A stretch of 64,000 nt of DNA from Candidatus Omnitrophota bacterium (GCA_030674475.1 JAUSCZ010000033.1:52018-116017); one strand, 5' to 3'; numbered from the stretch's first letter, positions 18,944 to 28,352 are shown. A program made the numbers and translations. The notes: generated from the sequence alone by a model not told the origin.

Positions 18944-19811
18944 ATTATCCGAATACGCGCTTCAGGACTTAATCCGTAACGCCCTCAAGGAGGATATCGG
19001 CTCCGGGGATGTTACTACTGAACTTTTGATTCCCAAAAATAGGGTAATCAAGGCGGTGATAATTTTAAAGGAAAAAGCAGTGGTCGCGGGTTTAGAAATT
19101 GCCCAAAAAGTATTCAAGGTGATAGATAAAAATATCCAATTTAAGGCAATTTCAGCAGATGGTTCCGGGGAGAAGCCGGGTAAAATAATCGCGAAAATCC
19201 AAGGGAAGGCCGGTTCAATTTTATCCGGGGAGAGGACTGCCTTAAATTTCCTCAGCCATTTATCCGGCATAGCCACCGTTACTAGGAGTTTTGTGAATGA
19301 GGTTAAGCCTTACAAGGCAAAGATTATGGATACCCGTAAGACCATCCCCGGCCTTAGAGAATTAGAGAAATACGCGGTGGCCCTAGGCGGAGGCTGTAAT
19401 CATCGTATGGGGCTCTGGGACGCGGTTTTGGTCAAGGATAATCACATCGCGGTTTTGAAAGCGGGTGCGAGAGGGATAAATATTAAGGATATCGCCCGTC
19501 TGGTAAAAGAAAAGAAGCCCAAAGGGATGAAAACGGATATAGAAGTGCGGAATTTAAAGGAATTCCAGGAAGTTCTGGAGATTCCCCCGGACATAATTAT
19601 GTTAGACAATATGGATATAAGTCAGATTAAGAAGGCTGTGGCGATGCGCGATGCCCAAGGCCTAAGGCCTAAGGTCCAAATAGAGGTTTCCGGCGGCGTC
19701 CACCTAGGCAATGTCAAGATAATCGCCAAAGCCGGGGTAGATATAATTTCTATCGGCGCCCTGACCCATTCAGCCAAAGCCGTAGACATGTCTTTGGAAG
19801 TTACAGGATAA
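18927..19811 (+). CDS. nadC: nicotinate-nucleotide pyrophosphorylase (quinolinate phosphoribosyltransferase)
   Basis: RTALNFLSHLSGIAT motif, DNH motif, ~290 aa. Confidence 0.9.
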   Translation: MSLKNKLSEYALQDLIRNALKEDIGSGDVTTELLIPKNRVIKAVIILKEKAVVAGLEIAQKVFKVIDKNIQFKAISADGSGEKPGKIIAKIQGKAGSILSGERTALNFLSHLSGIATVTRSFVNEVKPYKAKIMDTRKTIPGLRELEKYAVALGGGCNHRMGLWDAVLVKDNHIAVLKAGARGINIKDIARLVKEKKPKGMKTDIEVRNLKEFQEVLEIPPDIIMLDNMDISQIKKAVAMRDAQGLRPKVQIEVSGGVHLGNVKIIAKAGVDIISIGALTHSAKAVDMSLEVTG

Positions 19812-19814
19812 AGA

Positions 19815-19846
19815 AATTATGGGGGGTCAGAATTATGGGGGGTCAG
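19815..19846. repeat. 16-mer direct repeat x2 (aattatggggggtcag)
   Basis: Direct reading; located in the nadC-uvrB intergenic region. Confidence 0.9.
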
Positions 19847-19878
19847 CCCTTGAAATGTGAAATGATTCGGATTAAGCT

Positions 19879-21852
19879 GTGGAGAAGTTTAAATTAACTA
19901 GTTCTTTCAAGCCGGCCGGGGATCAACCCCAAGCGATTGAGGCTTTAACCCAGGGGATTAAGGATGGCCGGAAATATCAAACCCTCTTGGGAGTTACCGG
20001 CTCAGGCAAGACCTTTGCCCTGGCTAATACAATCGCCAAAATCAATAAACCTACCTTAGTTATTTCCCACAATAAAACCCTGGCCGCCCAGCTTTACGGC
20101 GAATTTAAGGAATTCTTCCCGAAAAACGCGGTAGAATATTTTGTCAGCTATTACGACTATTATCAGCCGGAGGCCTATGTCCCTTCCACTGATACCTATA
20201 TTGAGAAAGACGCCTCGATTAACGACCGGCTGGACCGGCTTCGCCTTTCCAGCACTACTTCTTTGCTCAGCCGGCAGGACTGTTTAGTGGTGGCCTCGGT
20301 TTCCTGTATCTATAATTTGGGCTCACCCGAGGATTACCGGGAGTCTCTGGTTTTTCTGGATTTGGGCCAGATAATCCGGCGCGATGAATTATTAAGACAC
20401 TTAATTGACATCCAATACGAGCGCAATGATTACGAATTTATCCGCGGTAAAATCAGGGTGCGGGGGGACACGATAGAGGTCTACCCGGCTTACGCCCAGA
20501 GCGCCGTCCGGATTGAGCTTTTTGGCGATGAGATAGAAAAGATTATTGAGTTTAACCCGGTTGACGGTAAAAAGATAACCGAACTTTCTAAGATTGCTAT
20601 TTATCCGGCTAAGCATTTTATTATCCGCGGCCCCCGGATAGAAGACGCCCTAAAATCTATTTCTTATGAGCTCAGCCAACAGCTGGAACTTATGCGCTCC
20701 CAAAATAAAATCTTAGAGGCCCAGCGTTTAGAGTCGCGCACCAAATACGATATAGAGATGTTAAAGGAAATCGGCTATTGCCACGGGATAGAAAATTATT
20801 CCCGCCATCTTTCGGCCAGGCCCACCGGGAGCCGGCCGCACTGCCTGATAGATTATTTTCCTAAGGATTTTCTCTTGGTAATTGATGAAAGCCATGTAAC
20901 TATTCCCCAGATAAGGGGAATGTATGAGGGGGATAAGGCCAGAAAAGAGACTCTGGTAGAGTTCGGCTTTCGTCTGCCTTCCTGTTTGGATAACCGGCCC
21001 CTGAAATTTAACGAGTTTGAGGGTTTGATAAATCAGGCAATTTTTGTCTCAGCTACCCCGGCAGAATACGAGCTCAAAAAATCCAAGGGTCAGGTTATTG
21101 AGCAGATAATTCGGCCTACCGGTTTGATTGACCCGGAGATTATTATCAAGCCCATCGAGGGCCAGATTGAGGACCTGGTTAAGGAAATCTCCCAACGGGC
21201 CAAAAATAACGAGCGGGTTTTGGTAACTACCCTGACCAAGAGGATGTCTGAGGATCTATCCGCCTATTTAAAGGAAAAAGGCCTGAAGGTGAGATATCTA
21301 CATTCCGAGATTCAAACCCTTGAAAGGGTCAGGATACTTAAAGAATTGCGCCAGAAGAAGTTTGACTGCCTGGTAGGGGTAAATCTTTTGCGCGAGGGTT
21401 TGGACTTGCCCGAGGTTTCCCTGGTAGCCATATTAGACGCGGACAAGGAAGGCTTTTTAAGGTCAGCCACCAGCCTGATCCAGGTCTCCGGACGGGCCGC
21501 CAGGAATATTAACGGCCAGGTGATTATGTACGCGGATACCATTACCGGCTCAATGCGCCAGGCAATTGAAGAAAGCTCCCGGCGCCGGAAGAAACAGTTT
21601 GAATTTAATCTCAAGAATAAAATCACTCCCCGGAGTATCCAGAAGTCCATCCGCGAAGGCCTTGAGCTTTTGGATGAAGCCGAGAGCCTGGTTGAAGGCC
21701 TCACCGGCTTAGCCAAAGAAGAATACGAGCTGAGCTCCTATATCAGCGAGCTGGAATACCAGATGGAGCTGGCCGCCCGCAACCTGCAGTTTGAAGAAGC
21801 CGCCCGGATAAGGGATAAGATCAAGGAACTAAAGACAGGCAGCCCTGATTAA
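19879..21852 (+). CDS. uvrB: excinuclease ABC subunit B
   Basis: GVTGSGKTF Walker A, helicase motifs, C-terminal UvrB/UvrC interaction domain. GTG start. Confidence 0.95.
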   Translation: MEKFKLTSSFKPAGDQPQAIEALTQGIKDGRKYQTLLGVTGSGKTFALANTIAKINKPTLVISHNKTLAAQLYGEFKEFFPKNAVEYFVSYYDYYQPEAYVPSTDTYIEKDASINDRLDRLRLSSTTSLLSRQDCLVVASVSCIYNLGSPEDYRESLVFLDLGQIIRRDELLRHLIDIQYERNDYEFIRGKIRVRGDTIEVYPAYAQSAVRIELFGDEIEKIIEFNPVDGKKITELSKIAIYPAKHFIIRGPRIEDALKSISYELSQQLELMRSQNKILEAQRLESRTKYDIEMLKEIGYCHGIENYSRHLSARPTGSRPHCLIDYFPKDFLLVIDESHVTIPQIRGMYEGDKARKETLVEFGFRLPSCLDNRPLKFNEFEGLINQAIFVSATPAEYELKKSKGQVIEQIIRPTGLIDPEIIIKPIEGQIEDLVKEISQRAKNNERVLVTTLTKRMSEDLSAYLKEKGLKVRYLHSEIQTLERVRILKELRQKKFDCLVGVNLLREGLDLPEVSLVAILDADKEGFLRSATSLIQVSGRAARNINGQVIMYADTITGSMRQAIEESSRRRKKQFEFNLKNKITPRSIQKSIREGLELLDEAESLVEGLTGLAKEEYELSSYISELEYQMELAARNLQFEEAARIRDKIKELKTGSPD

Positions 21853-21910
21853 ATTTGAATAGGGTTTCACCAAATTCCCTCTTCTTTCAGAGAAAGGGTT
21901 GTCGGTTCAC

Positions 21911-21958
21911 CAAATTCCCTCTCCCTCCGGGAGAGGGCTAGGGCGAGGGGGAATGAAA
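21911..21958. repeat. GC-rich hairpin element family C (aattccctc...gggagagggctagggcgagggggaa), copy 1; likely the uvrB terminator
   Basis: 9 bp perfect stem ccctctccc/gggagaggg. Homologous copy at 53393-53447. Confidence 0.7.
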
Positions 21959-21965
21959 CGATTTT

Positions 21966-21995
21966 CTTGACAGTGTATTCAATTTTGAGTACAAT
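21966..21995 (+). promoter_or_regulatory. sigma70-like promoter (TTGACA-17-TACAAT) for the 22016 gene
   Basis: Consensus hexamers with correct spacing. Confidence 0.5.
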
Positions 21996-22015
21996 CGTAC
22001 TCAAAAGGAGCAGAA

Positions 22016-22588
22016 TTGTTAAATCTTTATATCACCAAATCCAGAATCAGGCAGGATCTGCTTGCCCTATTTTTCACCAATCCTTCTCAAAGGTATTACC
22101 TCAGAGAGATTCAACGTATTCTCGGGCATTCCGCCGGCACTATCCGCAGGGAGCTTTTAAGATTCCAGGAAGACAGCTTATTCACCACCAAGAGAAACGG
22201 CAATCTTTTATACTATTCGTTAAACAGGAAGCATCCTTTATTTGATGAATTAAAAAGTATTATTTCAAAAACAATCGGCATGGAAGGAAGCCTGAAAAAC
22301 GCGTTAGTATCGCTTAAGGGAATAAGTTTTGCCTTTATTTACGGGTCGTTTGCCTCCAGGAAAGAAAAATCCGCGAGCGATATTGACTTGATGGTAATCG
22401 GGGACCCTGATGCGTCTTTACTTAATGAGAAAATAGCTCAGTCGGAAAATAAGCTGAAGAGAGAAATAAACCACCTGGTGTATTCTTTAGAAGAATACAA
22501 GGCGAAGAAAAAGACAAAAAGCGGTTTTATCACGGATATTCTGAATAATCCCAAAATAATGCTGATAGGACAGGAAAGTGAATTATAA
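22016..22588 (+). CDS. winged-HTH (ArsR-like) + minimal nucleotidyltransferase fusion protein
   Basis: YYLREIQRILGHSAGTIRRELLRF HTH; GSFASR...DIDLMVIGD Pol-beta nucleotidyltransferase motif. Confidence 0.65.
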   Translation: MLNLYITKSRIRQDLLALFFTNPSQRYYLREIQRILGHSAGTIRRELLRFQEDSLFTTKRNGNLLYYSLNRKHPLFDELKSIISKTIGMEGSLKNALVSLKGISFAFIYGSFASRKEKSASDIDLMVIGDPDASLLNEKIAQSENKLKREINHLVYSLEEYKAKKKTKSGFITDILNNPKIMLIGQESEL

Positions 22589-22605
22589 TACCAGGAAAAC
22601 TTTCC

Positions 22606-24414
22606 ATGAGTAACCCTAAATATAAAAATAGCCGCGGCCGGCTGCGCATTGGCGACGATTGGAACGCGATAACAATTATCGCGCTTTCGCAAAACAATCC
22701 TTTAAAGGCAATTGCTGAATTGGTGGAAAATAGCATTGACGCCCAGGCCGGACATATTACCATTATCCGCGGTAAAGAACACGGAGAGCACTACCTTAAA
22801 GTTATCGACGATGGACAGGGTATTCCTTGCGATGGGGAAGGTATTCCTGATTTTAAGTATGTGGCAACCCATATCTGTGATTCGCTGAAACGGCGTTTAA
22901 AAGAAGGAGGCTTCCAAAACATTCAGGGAGAATTCGGTATCGGCCTGCTTAGTTTTTGGACCGTCGGACATAAACTATTGATGGTCTCTTCCGGCAAAGA
23001 TGGCAAGGCCTACCAAATGAATATGGAGAAAGGTAAGCCAGGTTATTCAATATCCCACCGTCCCCATCTGCTACCCATAAAAGGAACGCAGTTAACCATA
23101 GCCTCTTTGCTCGCGGGAATACGTATGCTCAGCGGCGAAAAAATTCAACGATATTTAGCCTCCGAGTTAAGAGACCGGATTCGTCATTCAGGCGTGAAGA
23201 TTAAGATTATTGACCGAACCGCTCGCGCGGAGTTTGAGGTTGAACCGCGCCAATATGAAGGCCAGCTTATCCATGATCTTCCTTTGCTTACAACGGCTTT
23301 CGGTGAACCTATTTATGTGGAGATATATATCGCGGGAAAAAATAGCGAAAACAGCGTTAGCCTTTTTCGTTCAGGGACACGGGTGCTCCCTAATATCTCT
23401 ATACTTGATTTCTTTCAATGTGAGCCCTGGACTTCCGGTTATTTTGAGGGAATTATTGATGCTCCCTTCTTACATCTTACGCCCGGCACCAGAGACGGAA
23501 TAATTCATGATGAACTATTGTCCGGATTCTGTGATTCTATAGCGCCTCTTAAAGAACGGCTGACGGCAATTGCTTTGGAGCAAGGCAAAGCTGAAGAAGA
23601 GCGGATGAGCAAGAATATACTCCGTTCCGTGCAGAAGGCATTCCTTGATGCTATGACCGCTTTGCCGCCCGAAGAATATGATTGGTTTGGTATCGAGCAA
23701 AAGAACGCGCATCGTTCGTCCACTGACAACAATGATATCGCGAAGGAAAATGGCGTAATGATGGTTCCTGACGCGCTAAGGCAGGGAGAGAAGAAAAGCG
23801 GGCAGAAAGAGTTTTTCGAAATCGCCGGGCCGCTCTTTTCCACCCGTATCCAGCCAGGTTCGGCACTGGTGCAGGTGGGCAAGACGAAACCTTTCCGGGC
23901 TATCGGATTAGATCGCAACAAACGTCAGGTAGAAGAGAATCTCTCATATCTATGGTGTATTACGGAAGGAAAAGGAGATCTCGATAAATTAGACGGCGAG
24001 ATGGTTGTTTTTAACGCCCCCCTGGAACCCGGCTTGAGTAAATTAAAACTGGTGATTCAACGAGACGATATACGTTGCGAGACAGAAAGCATCGTTACCG
24101 TTGTGGATTCTTTGTTTAAGGTTTCGGCTGAAAACAGTGAATTCCCACGCAAGGGATTACCCGGCTATACGCTAGAAAGCGCCCCTGGATATACCTGGCG
24201 CTCGCGCTATGACGAAAAACGCAATATTGTTATCATCAACAGCGGCCATCGCGATTTCATTTACGCCGGACGCGAGAAAGCCAGAAAACTGCGCTATATC
24301 TGCCGCCTCTTCGCCAAAGAATTGATTTTGCAAAATTTTGCCGGTCTGTCTTCCGGAGAACTCCTGGAGCGTCTGGTCGAATTATCATTATACACTGAAG
24401 AGAATTTGCGCTGA
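22606..24414 (+). CDS. GHKL (Bergerat-fold, MORC/HSP90/MutL-like) ATPase, 602 aa
   Basis: N-box ELVENSIDA, G1 DDGQGI, G2 GEFGIGLLS. Confidence 0.7.
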   Translation: MSNPKYKNSRGRLRIGDDWNAITIIALSQNNPLKAIAELVENSIDAQAGHITIIRGKEHGEHYLKVIDDGQGIPCDGEGIPDFKYVATHICDSLKRRLKEGGFQNIQGEFGIGLLSFWTVGHKLLMVSSGKDGKAYQMNMEKGKPGYSISHRPHLLPIKGTQLTIASLLAGIRMLSGEKIQRYLASELRDRIRHSGVKIKIIDRTARAEFEVEPRQYEGQLIHDLPLLTTAFGEPIYVEIYIAGKNSENSVSLFRSGTRVLPNISILDFFQCEPWTSGYFEGIIDAPFLHLTPGTRDGIIHDELLSGFCDSIAPLKERLTAIALEQGKAEEERMSKNILRSVQKAFLDAMTALPPEEYDWFGIEQKNAHRSSTDNNDIAKENGVMMVPDALRQGEKKSGQKEFFEIAGPLFSTRIQPGSALVQVGKTKPFRAIGLDRNKRQVEENLSYLWCITEGKGDLDKLDGEMVVFNAPLEPGLSKLKLVIQRDDIRCETESIVTVVDSLFKVSAENSEFPRKGLPGYTLESAPGYTWRSRYDEKRNIVIINSGHRDFIYAGREKARKLRYICRLFAKELILQNFAGLSSGELLERLVELSLYTEENLR

Positions 24415-24590
24415 TTGCAGGCCGGGTTACCCTACTAACAGGAGCAAATTGACCCGCGGAAGATAAAAAGCGAGAATGCCAAGATTCAAGACCCCTTTTA
24501 TCCTATCCACGAGAGCAGATTTGCCAACTTAGAGACAAATTTTACCCAACAGACAAGCTTAGCGCCATGTTTGTTGGGTAATTTATTTTG

Positions 24591-24650
24591 TTGACATTTG
24601 TTACCTAACAAGTTAAATTATAGTATGGTTTGTTAGGTAACAGGAGGACT
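24591..24650 (+). promoter_or_regulatory. promoter with inverted-repeat operator (ttgttacctaacaa / ttgttaggtaaca) upstream of small protein A
   Basis: TTGACA ... TATAGT flanked by a 13 nt inverted repeat. Confidence 0.5.
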
Positions 24651-24651
24651 T

Positions 24652-24972
24652 ATGAGAGGTGTTATAAAAGGAGTATTGGCGGAAGAATTGGAAAATTCTC
24701 TTCGCATGAAGAAGGAATACGAAGGAGCTTTGAGGAATTTGCCTAAAGGGTGTCTTGCGGTAAGAAAAATACGAGGCCATGAGTATTGTTACCTGGCAGA
24801 AAGAGTGGATAAGAAAGTAAAGTATATTTACAAAGGTAAACTATCCGCAGAAGAAAAGAAAAGGTATGAAGAGGCCAAAGAATTAAGGGCTAAATACAGG
24901 AAATTATTGTCTCAAGTCAAAAAGCAAATAAGATTCTTAAGGAGTTCTCTGCGTGGAAAAGAAGCAGTCTGA
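24652..24972 (+). CDS. small basic protein, paralog A (putative regulator/antitoxin-like partner of the nucleotidyltransferase)
   Basis: ~60% identical to the 27362-27679 product; operator palindrome upstream. Confidence 0.6.
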   Translation: MRGVIKGVLAEELENSLRMKKEYEGALRNLPKGCLAVRKIRGHEYCYLAERVDKKVKYIYKGKLSAEEKKRYEEAKELRAKYRKLLSQVKKQIRFLRSSLRGKEAV

Positions 24973-25256
24973 TTTATGCCTTGAAATCTTAAGGAGGCTC
25001 CATAAGGCCGGTATCTTGGATGATTTAATCCTTATAGGCAGTTGGTGCGTATATTTCTATAGAGAATATTCCAGCAATGTGTCCTACATGGATCAAACCA
25101 CTATGCGAAATCAGTCATTCAGGACAAAGAAAGACAGAAAACTTGAACTTGTTTTCAACCGAAAAAGAAATTTCCAGGGGATGGCGTAAGATTGCCGTTA
25201 AGGTGGTTGATATTTTTGGTAATGATACGATAAGAGTAATTAAGGTGAATATATAA
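24953..25256 (+). pseudogene. decayed fusion: N-terminal ~45 codons of nucleotidyltransferase paralog A joined to a 3' remnant of a type III mod gene
   Basis: MEKKQSDLCLEIL...LIGSWCVYFY matches the start of the 27660 protein. SFRTKKDRKLEL and, in another frame, RKIAVKVVDIFGNDTIRVIKVNI* match the C-terminus of the 29779-32064 Mod. Confidence 0.7.
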
Positions 25257-25299
25257 GTTTTTATATGGCCAATATATGATAAAAGGGGGGGGGTAATGC

Positions 25300-26991
25300 A
25301 TGAAAAAAAATCTTTTGGATACAAAAACAGCTTCATGGGGGGAGTTAATTAAGAATGGAAGAACCTTTATGGTCCCAAGATTTCAAAGAGATTATTCGTG
25401 GGAGGAAGAGCAATGGGATGATCTTTGGTATGACTTGGTTAATTTAGAGGAAGAAGATTTTCATTATATGGGGTATTTAGTATTACAAAATAGCCCCACG
25501 AATGAATATCTGGTTATCGACGGACAGCAGAGATTGACGACTTTAAGTATTATTGCTTTAGCGGTGATTCAACACATCGCGGAATTGATTGAGAAAGGTA
25601 AGGACCATAAAAACAACGAAGAGCGCAAGAAATTGTTGATGGACTCGTTTCTTGGATATAAAGATCCGGCTTCTTTGGTAGCCAAGAGCAAATTAACGCT
25701 TAATCGTAATAATAATGATTTTTATCAAAGTTACTTATTGCGTTTTAGAAAACCAACGAGTAAAAGTAAACTCAAGCCTTCTGAAAAACTTCTTATTAAC
25801 GCTGTCGAATATTTTTATGAAAAGATAAAGTTTAAGTTCGGTCAGGATATTTCAGGTGAGAAATTGGCTGATTTTCTTGATAAGAAAACGGCGGATAAAT
25901 TTATATTCACGTTTATTACTGTTGATAATGATTTGAATGCTTACAAAGTATTTGAAACACTCAATTCAAGGGGGGTGAGGCTATCTCCCACGGATTTGTT
26001 AAAAAATTATTTGTTTATGGTGGCGGCTCAAAAAGGCGAAACTGATATCGATCAAGCTGAAAGACAATGGCAAAGTATTAATAATATTTTAGGTGGAATA
26101 GAGCTTACCACATATCTAAGGCATTTTTGGAATTCGAGAAATATGATCGCCAGAAAGCAGAATTTATTTAAAGTTGTTAAGAATTCAATTACTGACGCGG
26201 ATCAGGCCTTCGCTTTATTGGATGAACTTGAAAATAACGCGCAACTTTACGCGGCTTTTTCTCAGCCAGAAGATGAGCTTTGGAAACAGGCTGAGCAAAG
26301 CGAATATATTAGACAATTAAAATTATTCGGCGTGACCCAGTGTTATCCTCTTTTGTTGGCGGCTTATAAGAAGTTTGACCCGAATGAATACGCTCGTTTA
26401 TTGAGATGCTGTTGTGTGATTGCTTTTCGATACAATGTGATTGGCGGGCTAAATCCCAATAAGCTGGAAGATGAATACAGCAAAACGGCTCAGGATGTTT
26501 ATGCCGGCACGCTGAAAAACGCGCGGGAAATATTTCATAACCTGAAATCGGTTTATGTCATTGATGAAGAGTTTGAAAGCTCATTCGCCGCGAAAAGTAT
26601 TACCACCAAGGGAAAGGGCGCGAAATTAGTCAGATATATCCTTTTCTCATTGGAAAATCAGATAAGCAATAAAAAATATGATTTTAGTGATAGCTCCGTA
26701 ACTATCGAGCATATATTACCGGAAAATCCTTCTCAAAGCTGGGAGTCAAATTTTACTATTGAAGAGCAAATTCAATTTGTATTTCGTTTAGGCAATTACG
26801 CGCTTTTGGAAGAATCAAAAAATAAAATGTGTCAAAACGACTTTTATCCGACAAAGAAAGAAATTTACAAAACAAGCAGTTATAAAATAACAGCCCAAGA
26901 TAGCGTATGCGATGAATGGAACCCCGAAAGAATTTCAGAGAGACAAAAGAAGTTGGCAAAATACGCTAAAACTGTCTGGAAATTTGAGTGA
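25300..26991 (+). CDS. GmrSD-like type IV (modification-dependent) restriction enzyme, DUF262 + DUF1524
   Basis: N-terminal DUF262 (ParB-like) motifs (...VIDGQQRLTT), C-terminal His-Me/HNH-like SVTIEHILPEN. Confidence 0.75.
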   Translation: MKKNLLDTKTASWGELIKNGRTFMVPRFQRDYSWEEEQWDDLWYDLVNLEEEDFHYMGYLVLQNSPTNEYLVIDGQQRLTTLSIIALAVIQHIAELIEKGKDHKNNEERKKLLMDSFLGYKDPASLVAKSKLTLNRNNNDFYQSYLLRFRKPTSKSKLKPSEKLLINAVEYFYEKIKFKFGQDISGEKLADFLDKKTADKFIFTFITVDNDLNAYKVFETLNSRGVRLSPTDLLKNYLFMVAAQKGETDIDQAERQWQSINNILGGIELTTYLRHFWNSRNMIARKQNLFKVVKNSITDADQAFALLDELENNAQLYAAFSQPEDELWKQAEQSEYIRQLKLFGVTQCYPLLLAAYKKFDPNEYARLLRCCCVIAFRYNVIGGLNPNKLEDEYSKTAQDVYAGTLKNAREIFHNLKSVYVIDEEFESSFAAKSITTKGKGAKLVRYILFSLENQISNKKYDFSDSSVTIEHILPENPSQSWESNFTIEEQIQFVFRLGNYALLEESKNKMCQNDFYPTKKEIYKTSSYKITAQDSVCDEWNPERISERQKKLAKYAKTVWKFE

Positions 26992-26994
26992 TTT

Positions 26995-27222
26995 ATGGCG
27001 CCGCGCGCGCAAGGTTATGAAAAACTATTCCCGCCTTTTGTGCCGGAGCTTAGGAAGCGGGTTAAGGAGTGGCGGGATAAGGGCTACGAGGGGGCGAGCG
27101 CGACATCAAGGGCTCTTTTAAGCTGGCGGTTCAAAGAAGACCTCTTGCTTATGGAATATAAGCTTACAGTGAGAGAAAGACGAGATAATGTCTACTGTCC
27201 GGGTCTGACCCCTAAAACCTAA
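26995..27222 (+). pseudogene. 5' fragment of a type III res gene (duplicate of the 33113 gene N-terminus)
   Basis: GYEKLFPPFVPELRKRVKEWRDKGYEGASA; ~90% nt identity to 33205-33345, then diverges and stops. Confidence 0.7.
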
Positions 27223-27361
27223 AACCGCTTGAAAGTTACCATACTTAGTATGACATTCCTGCATTTGTATGGTAACTTTTTTGTTTGACAATGGTTGTCA
27301 TACAATATATACTATTATATAGTTTGTATGGTAACTAATTCAATCGAACGGAGAGTTTAAT

Positions 27362-27679
27362 ATGGGAGTCATAAAAGGAGTGCTTAAAGAAGAACTCGAG
27401 AATTCTATACGCATGAAAAGCGACTATGAGCGTGAATTGGCAAAGCTGCCTAAAGGCAGCCTCATTAAGAAAAAGGTTAAGGGGCATGAGTACTATTATC
27501 TTTTGTTGCGGGAGAAAGGGAAGGTAAGATTCATCTATAGAGGGAAAGTGTCTGATGAAGAAATAAAAAAATACAAAGAAGCAAAAGAATACAGGGCTAA
27601 GTACAGAAAATTATTATCTCAGGTAAAAAAACAAATTAGATTCTTAAGGAGCACTCTGCGTGGAAAAGAATCAATATGA
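27362..27679 (+). CDS. small basic protein, paralog B
   Basis: Paralog of the 24652 product; upstream inverted repeats agttaccatac / gtatggtaact. Confidence 0.6.
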   Translation: MGVIKGVLKEELENSIRMKSDYERELAKLPKGSLIKKKVKGHEYYYLLLREKGKVRFIYRGKVSDEEIKKYKEAKEYRAKYRKLLSQVKKQIRFLRSTLRGKESI

Positions 27680-28352
27680 ACTATGCATTAAGGTTCTAAA
27701 AAGATTTGATAAGGCCGGAGTTCTAAAAGACGTTATTCTTATAGGTAGTTGGTGTATTCCATTCTATAAAGAATATTTTGCGGGCATAAAGTATATCTCG
27801 ACCATTAAGACAAGAGATGTAGATTTCTTGATTCCCAACCCGCGCGGAATCAGGGCTAATGTGAATATCCCAGAATTATTAAAAGACTTAGGATTTATCA
27901 TTGGTTATAGGGGAGCAAAAGGATATATTAAATTAGAACATCCTGATCTGGTAGTGGAATTTTTATCTCCAGAGAAAGGAAAAGGCACCGATAGGCCAAT
28001 CCCCTTACCGAAGTTAGGCGTTAACGCGGTTGCTCTGAGATTTTTGAGTTTGCTTACTGATAATGTAATTAAGGCTAAAGTTGAAGATTTTGAAGTCTTA
28101 TTACCTCATCCTGCCAATTTCGCCCTCCACAAATTAATAATTTTCCAGCGTAGACTCAAAGAAGATAAAGCAATAAAAGACAGAAATGCGGCGGTAGAAA
28201 TTCTTAAAGCTTTGATAACTAAGGGCGAAGCGGTAACTATCAAGCACGTTTTTAATTCCATGCTTCCAAAATGGCAGAAAAAAGTTATAAAAGGATTGCA
28301 GGAAGCCAAAGAAAGAGAGATTATTCTTATACTACAAAATGCCGGAAAATAG
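27660..28352 (+). CDS. Pol-beta superfamily nucleotidyltransferase, paralog B (AbiEii/DUF1814-like toxin candidate)
   Basis: LIGSWCIPFY...TRDVDFLIPN (hGS ... DxD). Start overlaps the small protein. Confidence 0.55.
   Translation: MEKNQYELCIKVLKRFDKAGVLKDVILIGSWCIPFYKEYFAGIKYISTIKTRDVDFLIPNPRGIRANVNIPELLKDLGFIIGYRGAKGYIKLEHPDLVVEFLSPEKGKGTDRPIPLPKLGVNAVALRFLSLLTDNVIKAKVEDFEVLLPHPANFALHKLIIFQRRLKEDKAIKDRNAAVEILKALITKGEAVTIKHVFNSMLPKWQKKVIKGLQEAKEREIILILQNAGK

Noticed and set aside
26912-27121. 69-aa + strand ORF (MNGTPKEFQ...)
   Set aside because: It spans the GmrSD stop and the res-fragment start in a different frame. The in-frame res 5' remnant (26995-27222) explains the region better.
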